Assembly (NCBI RefSeq): GCF_006345805.1
Contig: NC_043006.1
Coordinates: 52,452,001-52,516,000, forward strand
Length of the DNA stretch: 64,000 bases
Direction of reading: 5' to 3'
DNA from: Octopus sinensis
Taxonomy: Eukaryota
Part shown: piece by piece, positions 27,634 to 38,365 of the stretch
How positions within the stretch are numbered: the stretch's first letter is position 1
Layout: each line of letters begins with the position of its first letter
Made by a program: the position numbers and the translations under genes
The notes under the pieces: generated by a model
Told to the model about the DNA's origin: nothing
Databases searched by the model: none
What the model saw: only the letters and a program-made list of their open reading frames with translations

Positions 27634-27899
27634 CCATACATACACATACATGCAATCACATGCAAATATACATGCACGCATACATATGTATGCATAAAGA
27701 CACACATGTGTCTAAAAATGAATTATACAGAATCTGTGTGTGTGTGTGTGTGTGTGTCTGTGTGCGTGCGCGTGCGCAATATATGTTTTCGGGCGTGCGC
27801 GCGAGTGTTCGGTTTGTAGGGAATCTAAAACAGAATACTTACAGAAATTATTGTAGCAAGAAAAGCGCAGAGCAGGAATCTACCGGCTGATTGAAGCAT
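8543..27899 (-). CDS. Copy A: secreted Delta-like (MNNL/C2-DSL-21xEGF) protein with C-terminal chitin-binding type-2 domain, 10 coding exons, 1056 aa
   Basis: Join (minus): 27843-27899, 26679-26868, 20951-21033, 18664-18831, 17399-17543, 15957-16067, 14943-15062, 11294-13396, 10480-10497, 8543-8718. Total 3171 nt = 1057 codons with no internal stop. All junctions are GT-AG with matching phases (0,1,0,0,1,1,1,1,1), and every exon has a colinear counterpart in copy B. Confidence 0.88.
10480..10497 (-). CDS. Copy A exon 10: 18-nt microexon (V)PDRQA
   Basis: TTGTTCTTTTGTAG|TACCAGACCGCCAAGCAA|GTAAGTAC; same length and splice sites in copy B. Confidence 0.7.
11294..13396 (-). CDS. Copy A exon 9: 19 EGF-like repeats
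   Basis: Lies inside ORF 11253..13406. Acceptor TTTTGAATCTAG|, donor GAAG|GTAAGC; 2103 nt, phase 1-1. Confidence 0.93.
11930..13044 (-). repeat. Intra-exonic tandem array: five 219-bp (73-aa, two-EGF) units
   Basis: GACAGATATTTG recurs at 11939, 12158, 12377, 12596, 12815 and 13034. The units differ only by scattered SNVs (P/R, N/D). Confidence 0.95.
14943..15062 (-). CDS. Copy A exon 8: calcium-binding EGF domain
   Basis: (G)[39 protein letters not shown] has IDEC and the C.D....Y.C consensus; phase 1-1. Confidence 0.9.
15957..16067 (-). CDS. Copy A exon 7: EGF-like domain
   Basis: (A)[36 protein letters not shown]; phase 1-1, GT-AG. Confidence 0.88.
17399..17543 (-). CDS. Copy A exon 6: DSL domain
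   Basis: [48 protein letters not shown] shows six Cys with DSL spacing (C...YYG..C...C...F.C...G.KVC.PG..GP.C). Confidence 0.88.
18664..18831 (-). CDS. Copy A exon 5: C2 domain C-terminal part
   Basis: [56 protein letters not shown]. Bounded by TTTTCAG| and |GTAAGT; 168 nt in both copies. Confidence 0.82.
20195..20284. repeat. (AAC)n(AAT)n microsatellite
   Basis: Directly visible; source of the poly-Leu ORF 19986..20303. Confidence 0.95.
20951..21033 (-). CDS. Copy A exon 4: C2 domain middle
   Basis: (G)[27 protein letters not shown]; NPI matches the Delta NPIxF motif. Bounded by TTTTAG| and |GTAAGT; 83 nt in both copies. Confidence 0.8.
22870..24325. repeat. About 1.4-kb degenerate (TG/TA/CG) dinucleotide mosaic, copy-A-specific
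   Basis: Alternating purine-pyrimidine low-complexity sequence producing the spurious His/Thr and Val/Cys ORFs. Confidence 0.9.
25845..26057. mobile_element. Foldback MITE-like palindrome (about 213 bp)
   Basis: The left arm AACTTATAAATGAGGGCAAACG... is the reverse complement of the right arm almost to the centre; TA duplication is plausible. Confidence 0.7.
26278..26336 (-). pseudogene. ATG-less duplicate of the signal-peptide exon inside intron 3 of copy A
   Basis: Near copy of 27843-27899 that keeps the GTAAGT donor. ATGCTTC is replaced by AATTTTC. Flanks 25600-26400 resemble 27450-27960. Confidence 0.75.
26679..26868 (-). CDS. Copy A exon 3: MNNL/C2 domain, N-terminal part
   Basis: [63 protein letters not shown](G) follows the Delta N-terminal pattern F.N...LL.N..C / C.T...VC / C.YG...T.V.G. 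Bounded by TTTACAG| and |GTAAGT. Confidence 0.85.
27843..27899 (-). CDS. Copy A exon 2: signal peptide [19 protein letters not shown]
   Basis: ATG, basic residue, hydrophobic core, then donor GTAAGT. Joins in phase 0 to PIVA/DY, a plausible cleavage site. Confidence 0.85.
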
Positions 27900-28017
27900 G
27901 CTGATTGCCTTATTAAGAATTGTCTTATGAGCTTTTAGATATACAGTGTATTTATAATGTATATCACTAGTCCCCTTGTCCTTGCAAAGGCGACGCTAGT
28001 CTACGTATTGAACTCAC

Positions 28018-28090
28018 AGAGAGCTCCGGTGTGAAAAGAACGCACTGAATTCTCTGAATATGTCCGGTGAACAAACAAGGCAATTCTGGT
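28018..28090 (-). other. Putative non-coding exon 1 of copy A (counterpart in copy B about 59635-59705)
   Basis: Minus-strand donor CT|GTGAGT at 28012-28017 (B: 59629-59634) lies just downstream of a TATAAAT box in both copies. The TSS is estimated from TATA spacing only. Confidence 0.55.
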
Positions 28091-28112
28091 AGGCAACGCG
28101 AGAAAGCCCAGT

Positions 28113-28201
28113 ATTTATAGGATATGGTCAGTGGGAATAATAGCGTATGCCAAAGTTTACACGAAGTTGTACGTGTTTGAATGTTGCGCCAGATGACCAA
28201 T
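28113..28201 (-). promoter_or_regulatory. Core promoter of copy A: TATA box plus CCAAT motif
   Basis: Minus-strand TATAAAT at 28113-28119 and CCAAT at 28197-28201, about 220 nt upstream of the ATG. Both are retained in copy B. Confidence 0.55.
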
Positions 28202-29172
28202 GAAAATGGATCTGTAGATATTTGTTTTTCTAATCGTACCAATCAAGGCATCATTATAGGTAAGAATAAGGAAAAGGAAACGATGGAAAGAAAAAGGAGG
28301 GGATAAAGAGGAAAAGAATACCAGCACTAACGGCGAGTGTGACATCGATGACAGCAAGAAAAAAAAAAAAACACGTATGAAGGTGTGGAAAGGAAATGAC
28401 TGAAAAGAAATTTTTCTGTTGTAAAGTCTAGTAACAAATTTGAAAATGTGTAGGAGTTTTATAGTTTTAACGTAAACAAAATGAACGAAACCTTTTAAAG
28501 CAAATTTTATGACGAAAAGATAAATAAAAATTAGACATACAATTATACAATATCTATTTTGGTTTTTGTTGCTGTTGCTGAAAAGTTTACTACGGAAAAT
28601 TTGGATTCAAAGAACAATGGACAACATTTAGAGATGTAACTATGCAAGTGACGAAGCACTTCGACAGTTAAAACAGCACAAGAACTGGGCAGCAGATGGA
28701 ACATTTAATTACTGCTCTAGTATATTTTTTCAGTTATATATACTTCACATTCAAATTGATATTATTAATTTCCCACGATTGTTAGCATTACTCTCTGACA
28801 AATGTCAAGAAACATATAATAGACTTTTTGCCAAAATAAATGAATTACTGCAGAATGAGGGACCTGATAATATAATTATGGATTTCGAAAAAGCTGCCCA
28901 TAACGGATTTCTGGAATAGTTTCCAGGGTCGAATTTGGCATGCTGCTTGATTCATTTAGAAGACAATGCGTACAAGTCTGTTGTGCAAGAAGGACCAAAA
29001 TGCAGATATCACGAAGAAGACAGTTTTAGTCTAAAAATGCGGTGCTCTTTTGCCCTTGGCTTCCTGCCAGTTGATGATGTTGTAGATGGATATAAACAAC
29101 TTGCAGATGATGATGATATTCCACAGTCAATTGTATCCTATTCTGAGAACAATTATATAGGACCACCTAGAG

Positions 29173-29367
29173 CAGTGATTCCTAACCTGGGGTCTGCAGA
29201 CCCCTGGAGGTTCGCAAAGGTAGTACTGGGTGTCCGTGAACTAAATTTAAAATTTCATATATATATATATATATATATGTATACACAAAAGGATATGCAT
29301 GTTAAAAGGGGTCCGTGGGAAAACTTATTTAAACAATAAGTTTGGGAGCCGCTGTTGGGAACCACTG
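29173..29367. mobile_element. hAT (Charlie-type) MITE
   Basis: TIRs CAGTGATTCCTAAC / GTTGGGAACCACTG. 8-bp TSD ACCTAGAG / ATCTAGAG (7/8 match) fits the nTCTAGAn preference. Confidence 0.8.
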
Positions 29368-29449
29368 ATCTAGAGAGAAAGAGGACAGAGGAGGCGACGC
29401 CTTGAACTTTTATTTCCATTACCCATATGGAATGTTTGGGATCGATGTA

Positions 29450-30732
29450 CGAGGGGCGTTCAATAAGTAATGCCCCCGACCCACTTCCCATAGCAGTAGA
29501 GCAACGAAATTTGGTATAGTTATTAGTCTTTTTCTGCATAGGAACCACCCAGAGTTACGCATTTCTCCCATCGTTTGATGCAGCTCTGGAGACCGTTTTT
29601 GTAGAAGACCCCAGCTTGGTCCTCCAACCACGACGTGACTTCAGAAATCAAGGCTGCATCATCAGGGAAACGCTTTCCTTTCAAAAATAACTTCATGGCT
29701 GGGAAAAGGTGAAAATCAGAGGGTGCAAGGTCAGGAGAGTAGGGGGGATGGGAGAGGAGTTCATAGCCTGTGCTTCTGATCTGGTGACACGCGAGTTGTG
29801 GACCGGAGCGTTGTCCTGCAGCAGGAGGATGCCTTTGCTGATCTTGCCCCGCCTCTTGATTTTGATAACTTCTCTTAATTTCCTCAAAAGTGAAGCATAA
29901 TAGGCTCCTGTAATTGTGGTACCCTTTGCCAGGAAATCTGTCATCACTACTCCGTCCTGGTCCCAAAAGACTGTAAGCGTGACCTTGCCAGCGAAGGGCT
30001 GCACCCTTGCCTTCTTTGGGGGAGGTGAGTCACGGTGCTTCCACTGCATTGACTGGGCTTTAGTCTCTGGATCATAGTGATGGCCCCAGGTTTCATCCTG
30101 CGTAATCAGTCTTTTGAAAAATTTTGACTCATCTTCTTGGCACATCTCCAAATTCATCCTCGAGCACTTGACGCGTTCTTGCTTCTGGAAAGGTGTGAAC
30201 AACCTGGGAATCCATCTAGCAGACACCTTTTGCATATGCAAATGGTCATGAATGATAGTTTCCACATACCCGGTACTAATCTTGACCTGATGGGCTATTT
30301 GGCGAATTGTTATGCGTCGATCTTCCAAAATGGCAGCCTCAACTTGATGGACAGATGCCTCATCAATGGCAGAAGAGGGGCGACCAGATCTGGGAGCTGT
30401 TTCCACAGAGTTCCGACCATGTTTGAATTCACGATGCCAGCGTTTTACAAGGTCATATGATGGGGCATCATCATCATAAGTTACTTTCATTTCATCAAAA
30501 GTCTCCTGTGGTGTGCATCCTTCCAAATACAAAAACCGGATTACTGCTCGACACTCAACAGGCTGCATTTCACACTTGACTCAGTTCAAACACCTATAAA
30601 TCAAAACCACAAGTAGTTCAAAGCTGTAATTTGTCACTTAATCTATAGAGATATAAATAATTGCACATGCAATTTCAGCTAGATCAAACAATTGCAAGAG
30701 TGTCAGGGGCATTACTTATTGAACGTCCCTCG
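29450..30732 (-). mobile_element. Full-length mariner element (DD34D transposase, one frameshift)
   Basis: 27-bp TIRs CGAGGG(G/A)CGTTCAATAAGTAATGCCCC with one mismatch, TA TSDs, 1283 bp. Transposase 30568-29523 has WIPRL, DETW, DNAP and YSPDLAPSD, and is frameshifted near 29765. Confidence 0.95.
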
Positions 30733-31489
30733 TACGCCGGGGATTGCTGATACTACAAATAGTTTAGAAGTGTACCACACCGCATTGAATAGCACAGTGA
30801 ATATTAATCATTGAAATATTTGGAAACTTATTGATGTGATTAAATGTGAGGAAAGTTTTGCCAGTACCAAATTACAGAGGTTTATGCAAGGAGAATAACC
30901 AATCTCCCACCACCACATAAAATAAAGATATAAAAAATGTCACTGAAAAATATGATCCAAGCCAAAAAATTATTTTTCTAAAAGCAATTGCAGACAATCT
31001 AAAATTTTAAGAAAAAAGAAATATGTAATACAATAACGAATTGACTGATGACGAATTGACATGGGGATGAATTGACCAACGACGAATTGACTGGAGACAA
31101 ATTAAACGACGACAAATTGTCGTCGACGAATTGACCGGACACCCTACAAACACACAAACGCCAACAATGCAAACCGCAATCAACACAAACAATTTGGAGC
31201 TGATGCAATACATCTGGTCTCACACTGAATTAAGAGAAAACAGTTTTAAAACAAACACCCACGCACAAAACCACCACAACAAATAAAAATAGTATACGGC
31301 AGGAAACACACATAATTTAGTGAAATCTCTGTATCCTAATGCAGTAGGGAGATTTCAAAAACACTTGTCTAAAAAATCTATGAAAACCTCCTCATGGAAA
31401 CTTTTGAAGAGGACAGTATCCAACTGTCGAACAGTAAGTACCTCTCTCCCCTTTCTTTTCTCGTTGAGTGTAAAACACAACTTTTAGGG

Positions 31490-33885
31490 CCATGATCAGA
31501 ATAGGTAATGTAAATGTGCGTGGCTTGGGACCGCCTTGGAAACAAGGTTATCTGCTAAATGGCATCAAGTCTCAAAATGTAGATATAGCCATCAGCGAAA
31601 CCAGACTCCACAACCCGCGGGCCTTCAAGCCCATGTTCAGTTGACAATTCGAAATCTGGGATGCAAATGCCTCAAAGATCTTCTCAGACGTTTCCAAATG
31701 TCTGACAGGTACCGACTGGACTACCCGAATGTGCCAATGTGGACACAGACCAACTTTATCGAGTCGTCGAGATTGTAATTAGATAGAGTATTTTGTAGGA
31801 CAGTGGATAGGGATAGTATAGATTGTCCAAAATTTCACATAATCAGCTAAACAGATCACAAATTCGTGACCTGTACTATCGACTTAGATAAGAATCATAG
31901 GCAGTATCACGAATACTGGAAACTGAATCCGTGACTCCTGGCGAGACAGGCTTAGAGAGACCGGATTTACGCATTAGTTAGGAGGGCGTTGACTGGAGCC
32001 ATCGTCAACAACAAGTGGTGGTTTGCCCCAAAGAGGGCAAATAAAGCAGAAACGGTTAGGTACAGCAAGGCTTTAGTAATAGATCGAAACAGAGTAAAGA
32101 GAGACCTAGTTAAGAAATTAGAAGTTCTTAGAAGTAGCAGCGTGACCAACGTGCTGGCGGCGGGGTTGACCCTTGATCAACACTTCAACGCCAACCACGA
32201 AGGTTGTCAGAGCTAGGATGCGAGCCCTAAGAAGCGAGGGAATTAGAACCACCCGAGGGGCGCGTGTGGCGGAGGCGCAACATGACAACAAAGCCACCAT
32301 TTGGTCTTTGATAGATCAACAAGGGTGCGAATTACTCGAAACCGAAAGGAGGTGTGGGGCCTTTCACCAGGACTTTGTCCGGCTGCTCGGGACAACTGGC
32401 GGATCAGAATGCAGAACCGACTTTAGAGACTACCTGTATGGTCTGCCATGACTCTCGGCAAGAGAGGCGGAATGTTGTGAAAGTTCCATTACAGCCGCTC
32501 AGTTTTGCGAGTCGAGGAGCAGTGACACTGTTATAGAAAGTCGCAAATAAGGGGATCGTTATAGATAATTTCAGGCCCATCACTCTGCTCAACGTAGATT
32601 TGAAAATTTTGGCCAAAGTGCTAGCCGAGCGGTTGGTGTTTGTCATCGAGAAACTGGTGGACAAGGGACAAACATGCGCCTTGCGGGCAGAACTATTCAA
32701 GGTAACCTCCACCTCATGCGCTACATCATACACAGGGTAGTTATGGAACCTGGCATAGGTAGGGCGCTGATCACTTTGGATCAATCAAAAGCCTTCGATA
32801 GGATCGACCATCGATACTTGGTGGCTGTCCTTTGGGTGGCTGATTTCGGTCCAGTCTTCCGTGGTTGGAACGCTGCTTTATACAGCGGCAACCGTTCAGT
32901 AGTTCGAGTAAATGACCATCCATCTAAACCATTCAGACATCATGCGTTCGGGCTGTCGGGGATGCCCCTTCTCGTCACGTTCGTATATATTGACTCTTGA
33001 GCCATTATTGTGGAAGCTGGCGACGCTGAGGGGTATCCCTCGAGAACTGGGATACGGATGGAGCGTACTGCATATGCGGACGATATCACCGTCATAGTAT
33101 CAAGCCTCAGATATACTGACCTGGTCGGCGAGACACTAAAAGAATACGAATCGGTAACGGGAGCAAAAATTTACCCGAAAACTCCAGTGAGCATGCGGCT
33201 CGGCACCTATTGTATCAAGCCTATGCACTCCAACAGCACTTCCATCGTGGGGCACTTGACAGACCGATCGGTTAAATTGTTCGGGTTTTGGTTCGACCCA
33301 GAACTCCAAATGGAGAACTGGGACGAGATCACACTCAGCTGTGGGCCGAGAAGAAGCTATCTCTAAAAGGTTAGGCGATACATTTGCTGTCAACACCCGA
33401 TAAATGGACTCGTTTGAAAGGCTTAGAGACAAATACTTTCCTCTCTGGCCAACCTCTCATTAGCCTTTGAAGTATCACTTGAAAAGGGAGGTAAAAGTAG
33501 TAAGGGAAATTTTGTCTAATGAAATTTTTAATGAAAGGTGGGTGAATGTAGCAAAGATGGTACACATAAATGGCGGAACCATTTTAAACATAAACCTATA
33601 AAACAAAAGGAGAAAGGGCACATTTCTCTCAAATTGTTTTCCTTTATTCCGAGGTTACCGAGGTTTTTTCGGAGGTTTTTCTCTCCACGGATAACTCTAG
33701 TCAGTGTTATATTTTCTCCCCTTTTTGGGGAATATAAATAGTTAAAAACGAAACCTTGTTATCTACATGTGTTCGCGCCCCAAAACGTTTTTCAATCCCT
33801 ACTGAGCTGTTTCGAAAATAAAAAATTCTACATTGTATTGTTCCATCTGTTTTCGGTCCTGTGTGGCTAAATAAAGAAATCTAAA
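31490..33885 (+). mobile_element. Older, internally deleted Tx1-type LINE (ORF2 start to 3' UTR)
   Basis: MIRIGNVNVRGL...ETR APE N-terminus, KAFDRIDH and YADD remnants. 3' end CCTGTGTGGCTAAATAAAG is followed shortly by (TATC)n. Confidence 0.75.
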
Positions 33886-33925
33886 TTGCCGTCTGTCTGA
33901 CTGTCCTATTTACCTCTCTGTTTGT

Positions 33926-34070
<145 letters not shown>

Positions 34071-37000
34071 AAGATGGGCGGTAGTGGTACCGCGGTACTT
34101 TTTCACAAGAGCCTGGATCTCGAAGTCAAGACGATATTCGTAGACTCGGAGGGTAGACTGGTCGTTCTGGATGTCGACGGCAGCAATGGGTGCGCTTTTC
34201 GACTCGTATCAGTCTACGCACCGCCTTTAACAGGTCGGCCGGATTTCTTTCGACGTCTAGAAGTATTCCTGGGAACGTCTCATCCTTTACTTTTAGTGGG
34301 GGATTGGAATGCTACCTTGGACACGCATCCAGACTATGTGGGGAGAGACAAAAACAGAAGGGGATGCAAATGCCTCAGAGACCTGCTCAGACGATTCCAA
34401 CTGTCTGACAGGTACCGACTCGACCACCCAAATGCACCAACGTGGACATGGAGCAACCGCAGTGGGTCGTCGAGATCGTATCTAGATAGGATACTGTGTA
34501 GGACAGTAGACAAGGATAACTTAGGATGTCCACAATTCCACACAGTCAGCTACACGGATCACAAATTCGTGACGTGTACGCTAGACTTAGATAAGGCACA
34601 TAGACAGGGTCCTGGTTACTGGAAACTGAATGCATCATTCCCGTACAGACAAGTTTTCAGAGACTGAATCAACACGTTAGTAAAAAGGGGTTTAACGGGA
34701 GCCATTGTCAACAACAAATGGTGGTTCGCCCTCAAGAGAGCAGTAAAAGCGGAAGCAATAAGATATAGCAAGGCACTAACCGTAGATAGAAATAGAGTAG
34801 AGGGTGAGTTAGTTAAGAAGTTAGAAGAGGCAATAAGAAGCGGTATCACACCCGACGTTTTGGCAGCAAGGTTGGCCCTTGACCAACACTTCAACGCCAA
34901 ACACGAAGGGTGTGCTATCAGGGCTAGGATGCGTTCTCTAAGGATGGAAGGTGTTGGAGCCGCGAGGGAGGCCCGGGTGGCGGAGGCGCAGCAGGGCAAC
35001 AAAGCCACCATTCGGTCTCTGGTAGATGAACAAGGGCGCGAATTGCTCGAGCCCAGCAAGATGTGCGAGACATTTCAGCGGCACTTTGCCCGACTGTACG
35101 GGACGAGTGGTGAGCGTGAACGCAGGGTGGACTTCAGTGCCTACCTGCACAGCCTACCACGACTCTCGGCAAGAGAGGCAGAGTGCTGTGAAGGTGCCAT
35201 CACGGCGGCGGATATGCGATGGCTCGAGAGACAAATCGCCGGGTTTGGATGGTCTGCCCTACGAGCTTTACAATTGTATGCCAGACTTGTTTGGAGACGT
35301 CTTGGCAGCGGTATACTGCAACTGGCAGCAAAACGGGAGCATACCCGGTTTTATGAGTCGAGGAGCTGTAACACTGCTGAAGAAAGATCCAAACAAGGGG
35401 AACATTATAGATAACTTTAGACCAATCACTCTGCTCAATGCAGACCTGAAAATTTTGACAAAGGTGTTAGCCAAGAGGTTGGCGCTTGTCATCGAGAAAC
35501 TGGTCGACAAGGCACAAACGTGCGCCGTGCCGGGCCGGAGCATCCATGACAACCTCCATCTGATGCGCTACATCATAGACAGGGTAGTTAACGAACCTGG
35601 CATGGGTGGGGCCCTGATCAACTTGGATCAATCGAAAGCCTTCGATAGGGTAGACCATCGATACTTGGAGGCAGTCCTGAGAGCGGCTGGTTTCGGTCCC
35701 GTCTTCCGCGGCTGGATAGCTGCCTTGTACAGAGGCATCCGTTCGGTAATTCGCGTAAATGGACATCTATCGAGACCTTTCGACATTGCACGTTCGGTTC
35801 GTCAGGGATGCCCCCTCTCGGCGCTTCTATACGTATTGACTCTTGAGCCACTACTGCGGAAGCTGGCGACTCTGAGGGGCATCCCGCGAGAATTGGGATG
35901 CGGGACGAGCGTGTCTGCATACGCGGACGACGTCACCGTCATAGTGTCAAGCCACGAGCACATCGAGCGGGTCGGCGAGACACTGAAAGACTACGAAGCG
36001 GTGACAGGTGCAAAAATCAACCGGGAAAAGTCAGTGGGCTTGCGGCTCGGCACCTGGAGAAGCAAGCCCATGCCGTCCTCCAGTACCTCCGTCGTGGGAC
36101 GCTGGACAGACGGCCCGGTTGAGTTGCTCGGGGTCTGGTTCGGTCCGGACCTCCAAATGGAGAAGAACTGGAACGAGATAACGAGTAGGGTGGTCACTCT
36201 CGCCCAGCAATGGGCCGAGAGGAAACTGCCCCTAAAAGGTCGGGCGGAGGTGGCGAACGCGTACATCGCGTCCATCATCTACTACCGCCTGACCGTTGTA
36301 CCTTGTCCCGACCCTACCATCATCAAACTAGAACGCATTCTCTTCCGCTTCTTGTGGAAAGGATGCGTCCCGATGGTCAGGCGATCCATTTGCTGTCAAC
36401 ACCCGTTAAAAGGAGGGCTGGGCATGCCGTGGTTGATGATGCGCAGACACGCGCTGAGACTGCGACATCTCCGGCTCTATGTAGACGACGGTGAACAGGT
36501 GTGGTCGCCGTTTGTGAGGCACGCGTTCCCGCAACCCGTCTCCATGACCGAACTGCAGTCGTGGATCAAAAAGAGGCCGAGGAAGTGCGAATGGCACCGC
36601 GAGTGTCGCGTTGCTCTCAAGCAACTCTGCCGTCCCAGGTCGACCTTGAGTGACTTCAACACAACCAAAGCATTCTATAGGGGATTAGTGGAGGGGAGGT
36701 ACTACGACGATCCCGGGGCAAACCTGGGCGTCGACGAGGAATACCTGACCCGCCTGTTTCAAACGACTTTCGGGCCGGGACCTATGGACAACTTCCAGAG
36801 ATCTCTGGCCTGGCGGTGCTACCGAGAAGCGCTATCCGTTCGGGATAAGCTCTATAGGCATGGCTCGAGAAACACGGGGCCGACCTGCCCGAGATGCGGG
36901 CAGAGCGACGAAACCGCTCTGCACGCAATCGTGCAGTGTCCACAATCTCCGACCTGTGGGCTTATGTCGAACGACTGCTGTCACGTGTGGGAAGTGTCGG

Positions 37001-37716
37001 TTATCAGCCGAGTCTATCGTTAATATCGTCACGCCTCCTTCCTTCAAACGAGAAGGAAGAGCTATTTTTATCATACTTGTGGCTATGGCGAAAGAATGTA
37101 TCTGGTGGACGCGCCTGAAAGGATTAGAGACAAACACTTTCCTCTCTGGTCAATCTCTCATCAACTTCTTCAAGTATCACTTGAAGAGGAAAGTGAGAGT
37201 AGAGAGGCAAGTTTTGTCAAGTGAATGTTTAAAAAAAAGATGGTTGAATGTAGCAAGGATGGCACGTATGAATGACGAAGCCACCTTGACTATGATTCTA
37301 TGAACCGTAAAAATTAATACAGAGAGTTGCTTATTTGCAAAAAAAAGAAATAAAAGAAAGAAATATAACATATGACTTCATTGACCGAGGTTACCGTGGT
37401 CTTTTCCGTAGGCTTTTCTTTCCACGGGTAAACCTCACCTGTCCTCCCCTTACACTTCATATTGACATTTCTGTGATTACGATCCCTATTGATCAACTTT
37501 TTTCCTCTCCCCTTTTCTTTTTTCTTTTTTTTTCCCTCTCCCCCTTTATTTTTAAATTTTTTATTTTTTAAATCCTCCCCTTTTATTGTCCTCTTTCTTT
37601 CCTTTTACGATCCCTTTTGATCGAAAACCAACCCCTTTTTTTTACCCCCAAAAGAAAAGCTCTACCTTGTAATTTGTTCTGTCTGTGTGCAGCCCTGTGT
37701 GGCTAATAAAGAAACA
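34071..37716 (+). mobile_element. Tx1/L1-clade LINE, 5'-truncated within the APE endonuclease; ORF2 broken by a stop and frameshifts
   Basis: APE motifs (VYAP, GDWNA, YLDRI, TDH), RT (DQSKAFDRVDH, QGCPLS, YADD) and CCHC. (TATC)n on both sides. Confidence 0.93.
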
Positions 37717-37732
37717 TATCTATCTATCTATC

Positions 37733-37785
<53 letters not shown>

Positions 37786-37811
37786 CTATCTCTATATATA
37801 TATCTATCTAT

Positions 37812-38280
37812 AGAGGCAAGTTTTGTCTAGCGAATGTTTTAGAAAAAAGATGGGTGAATGTAGCAAGGATGGCACGTATGAATGACGAAGCCACCTTGAG
37901 CATAATACTATGAACCCAGAAATTGAAAACAGAGGGTTACCCACTAGCAAACAAATGTGATAACATGTAACAATTTTGACCGAGGTTACCGTGGTCTTTT
38001 CCGTAGGCTTTTCTTCCAACAGATAAACCTTATCTGTTTCCCCCCTTACACCGTACATCATGACACTGTGATACACGATCCCTATTGACCGTTTTTTTCT
38101 TCCTTTTTTCCTTTCTTTTTTCTTCCCTTTTTTCTTTTCTTTTGTTTCTTTTCATTTTTTTTTTCTTCTTTCCCTCTTACGATCGAAAACCTACCCAACT
38201 TTTTTTCTCCAAGATAAGAAAAGCTCTACTTTGTAATGTGTCCCGTCTGTGTGCAGCCCTGTGTGGCTAATAAAGAAACA
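37812..38280 (+). mobile_element. Short 3' fragment of the Tx1 LINE (second 3' UTR variant)
   Basis: ORF2 C-terminus plus 3' UTR ending GGCTAATAAAGAAACA, between (TATC)n tracts. Confidence 0.85.

Positions 38281-38365
<85 letters not shown>

Larger units (their letters stand above)
5130..28615. repeat. Segmental duplication unit A (direct repeat of about 41600-60215)
   Basis: Colinear similarity through introns, exons and both flanks, interrupted by copy-specific indels. Confidence 0.9.
28617..31144 (+). mobile_element. Mutator/MULE transposase relic with right terminus; left end missing; interrupted by two nested elements
   Basis: WAADGTF...QLY.LH...DFEKAA...FPG...C.IHL...ALGFLP...YIG, then LFP...WN.W and, after the mariner, NSLE.YH...NIWKLI. 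Subterminal GACGAATTGAC repeats at 31040-31140 end CCGGACACCC. Confidence 0.7.

Noticed and set aside
35268-36668. Antisense and alternative-frame ORFs within the LINE copies, seemingly conserved between copies
   Set aside because: The conservation only reflects the high identity of the LINE copies.
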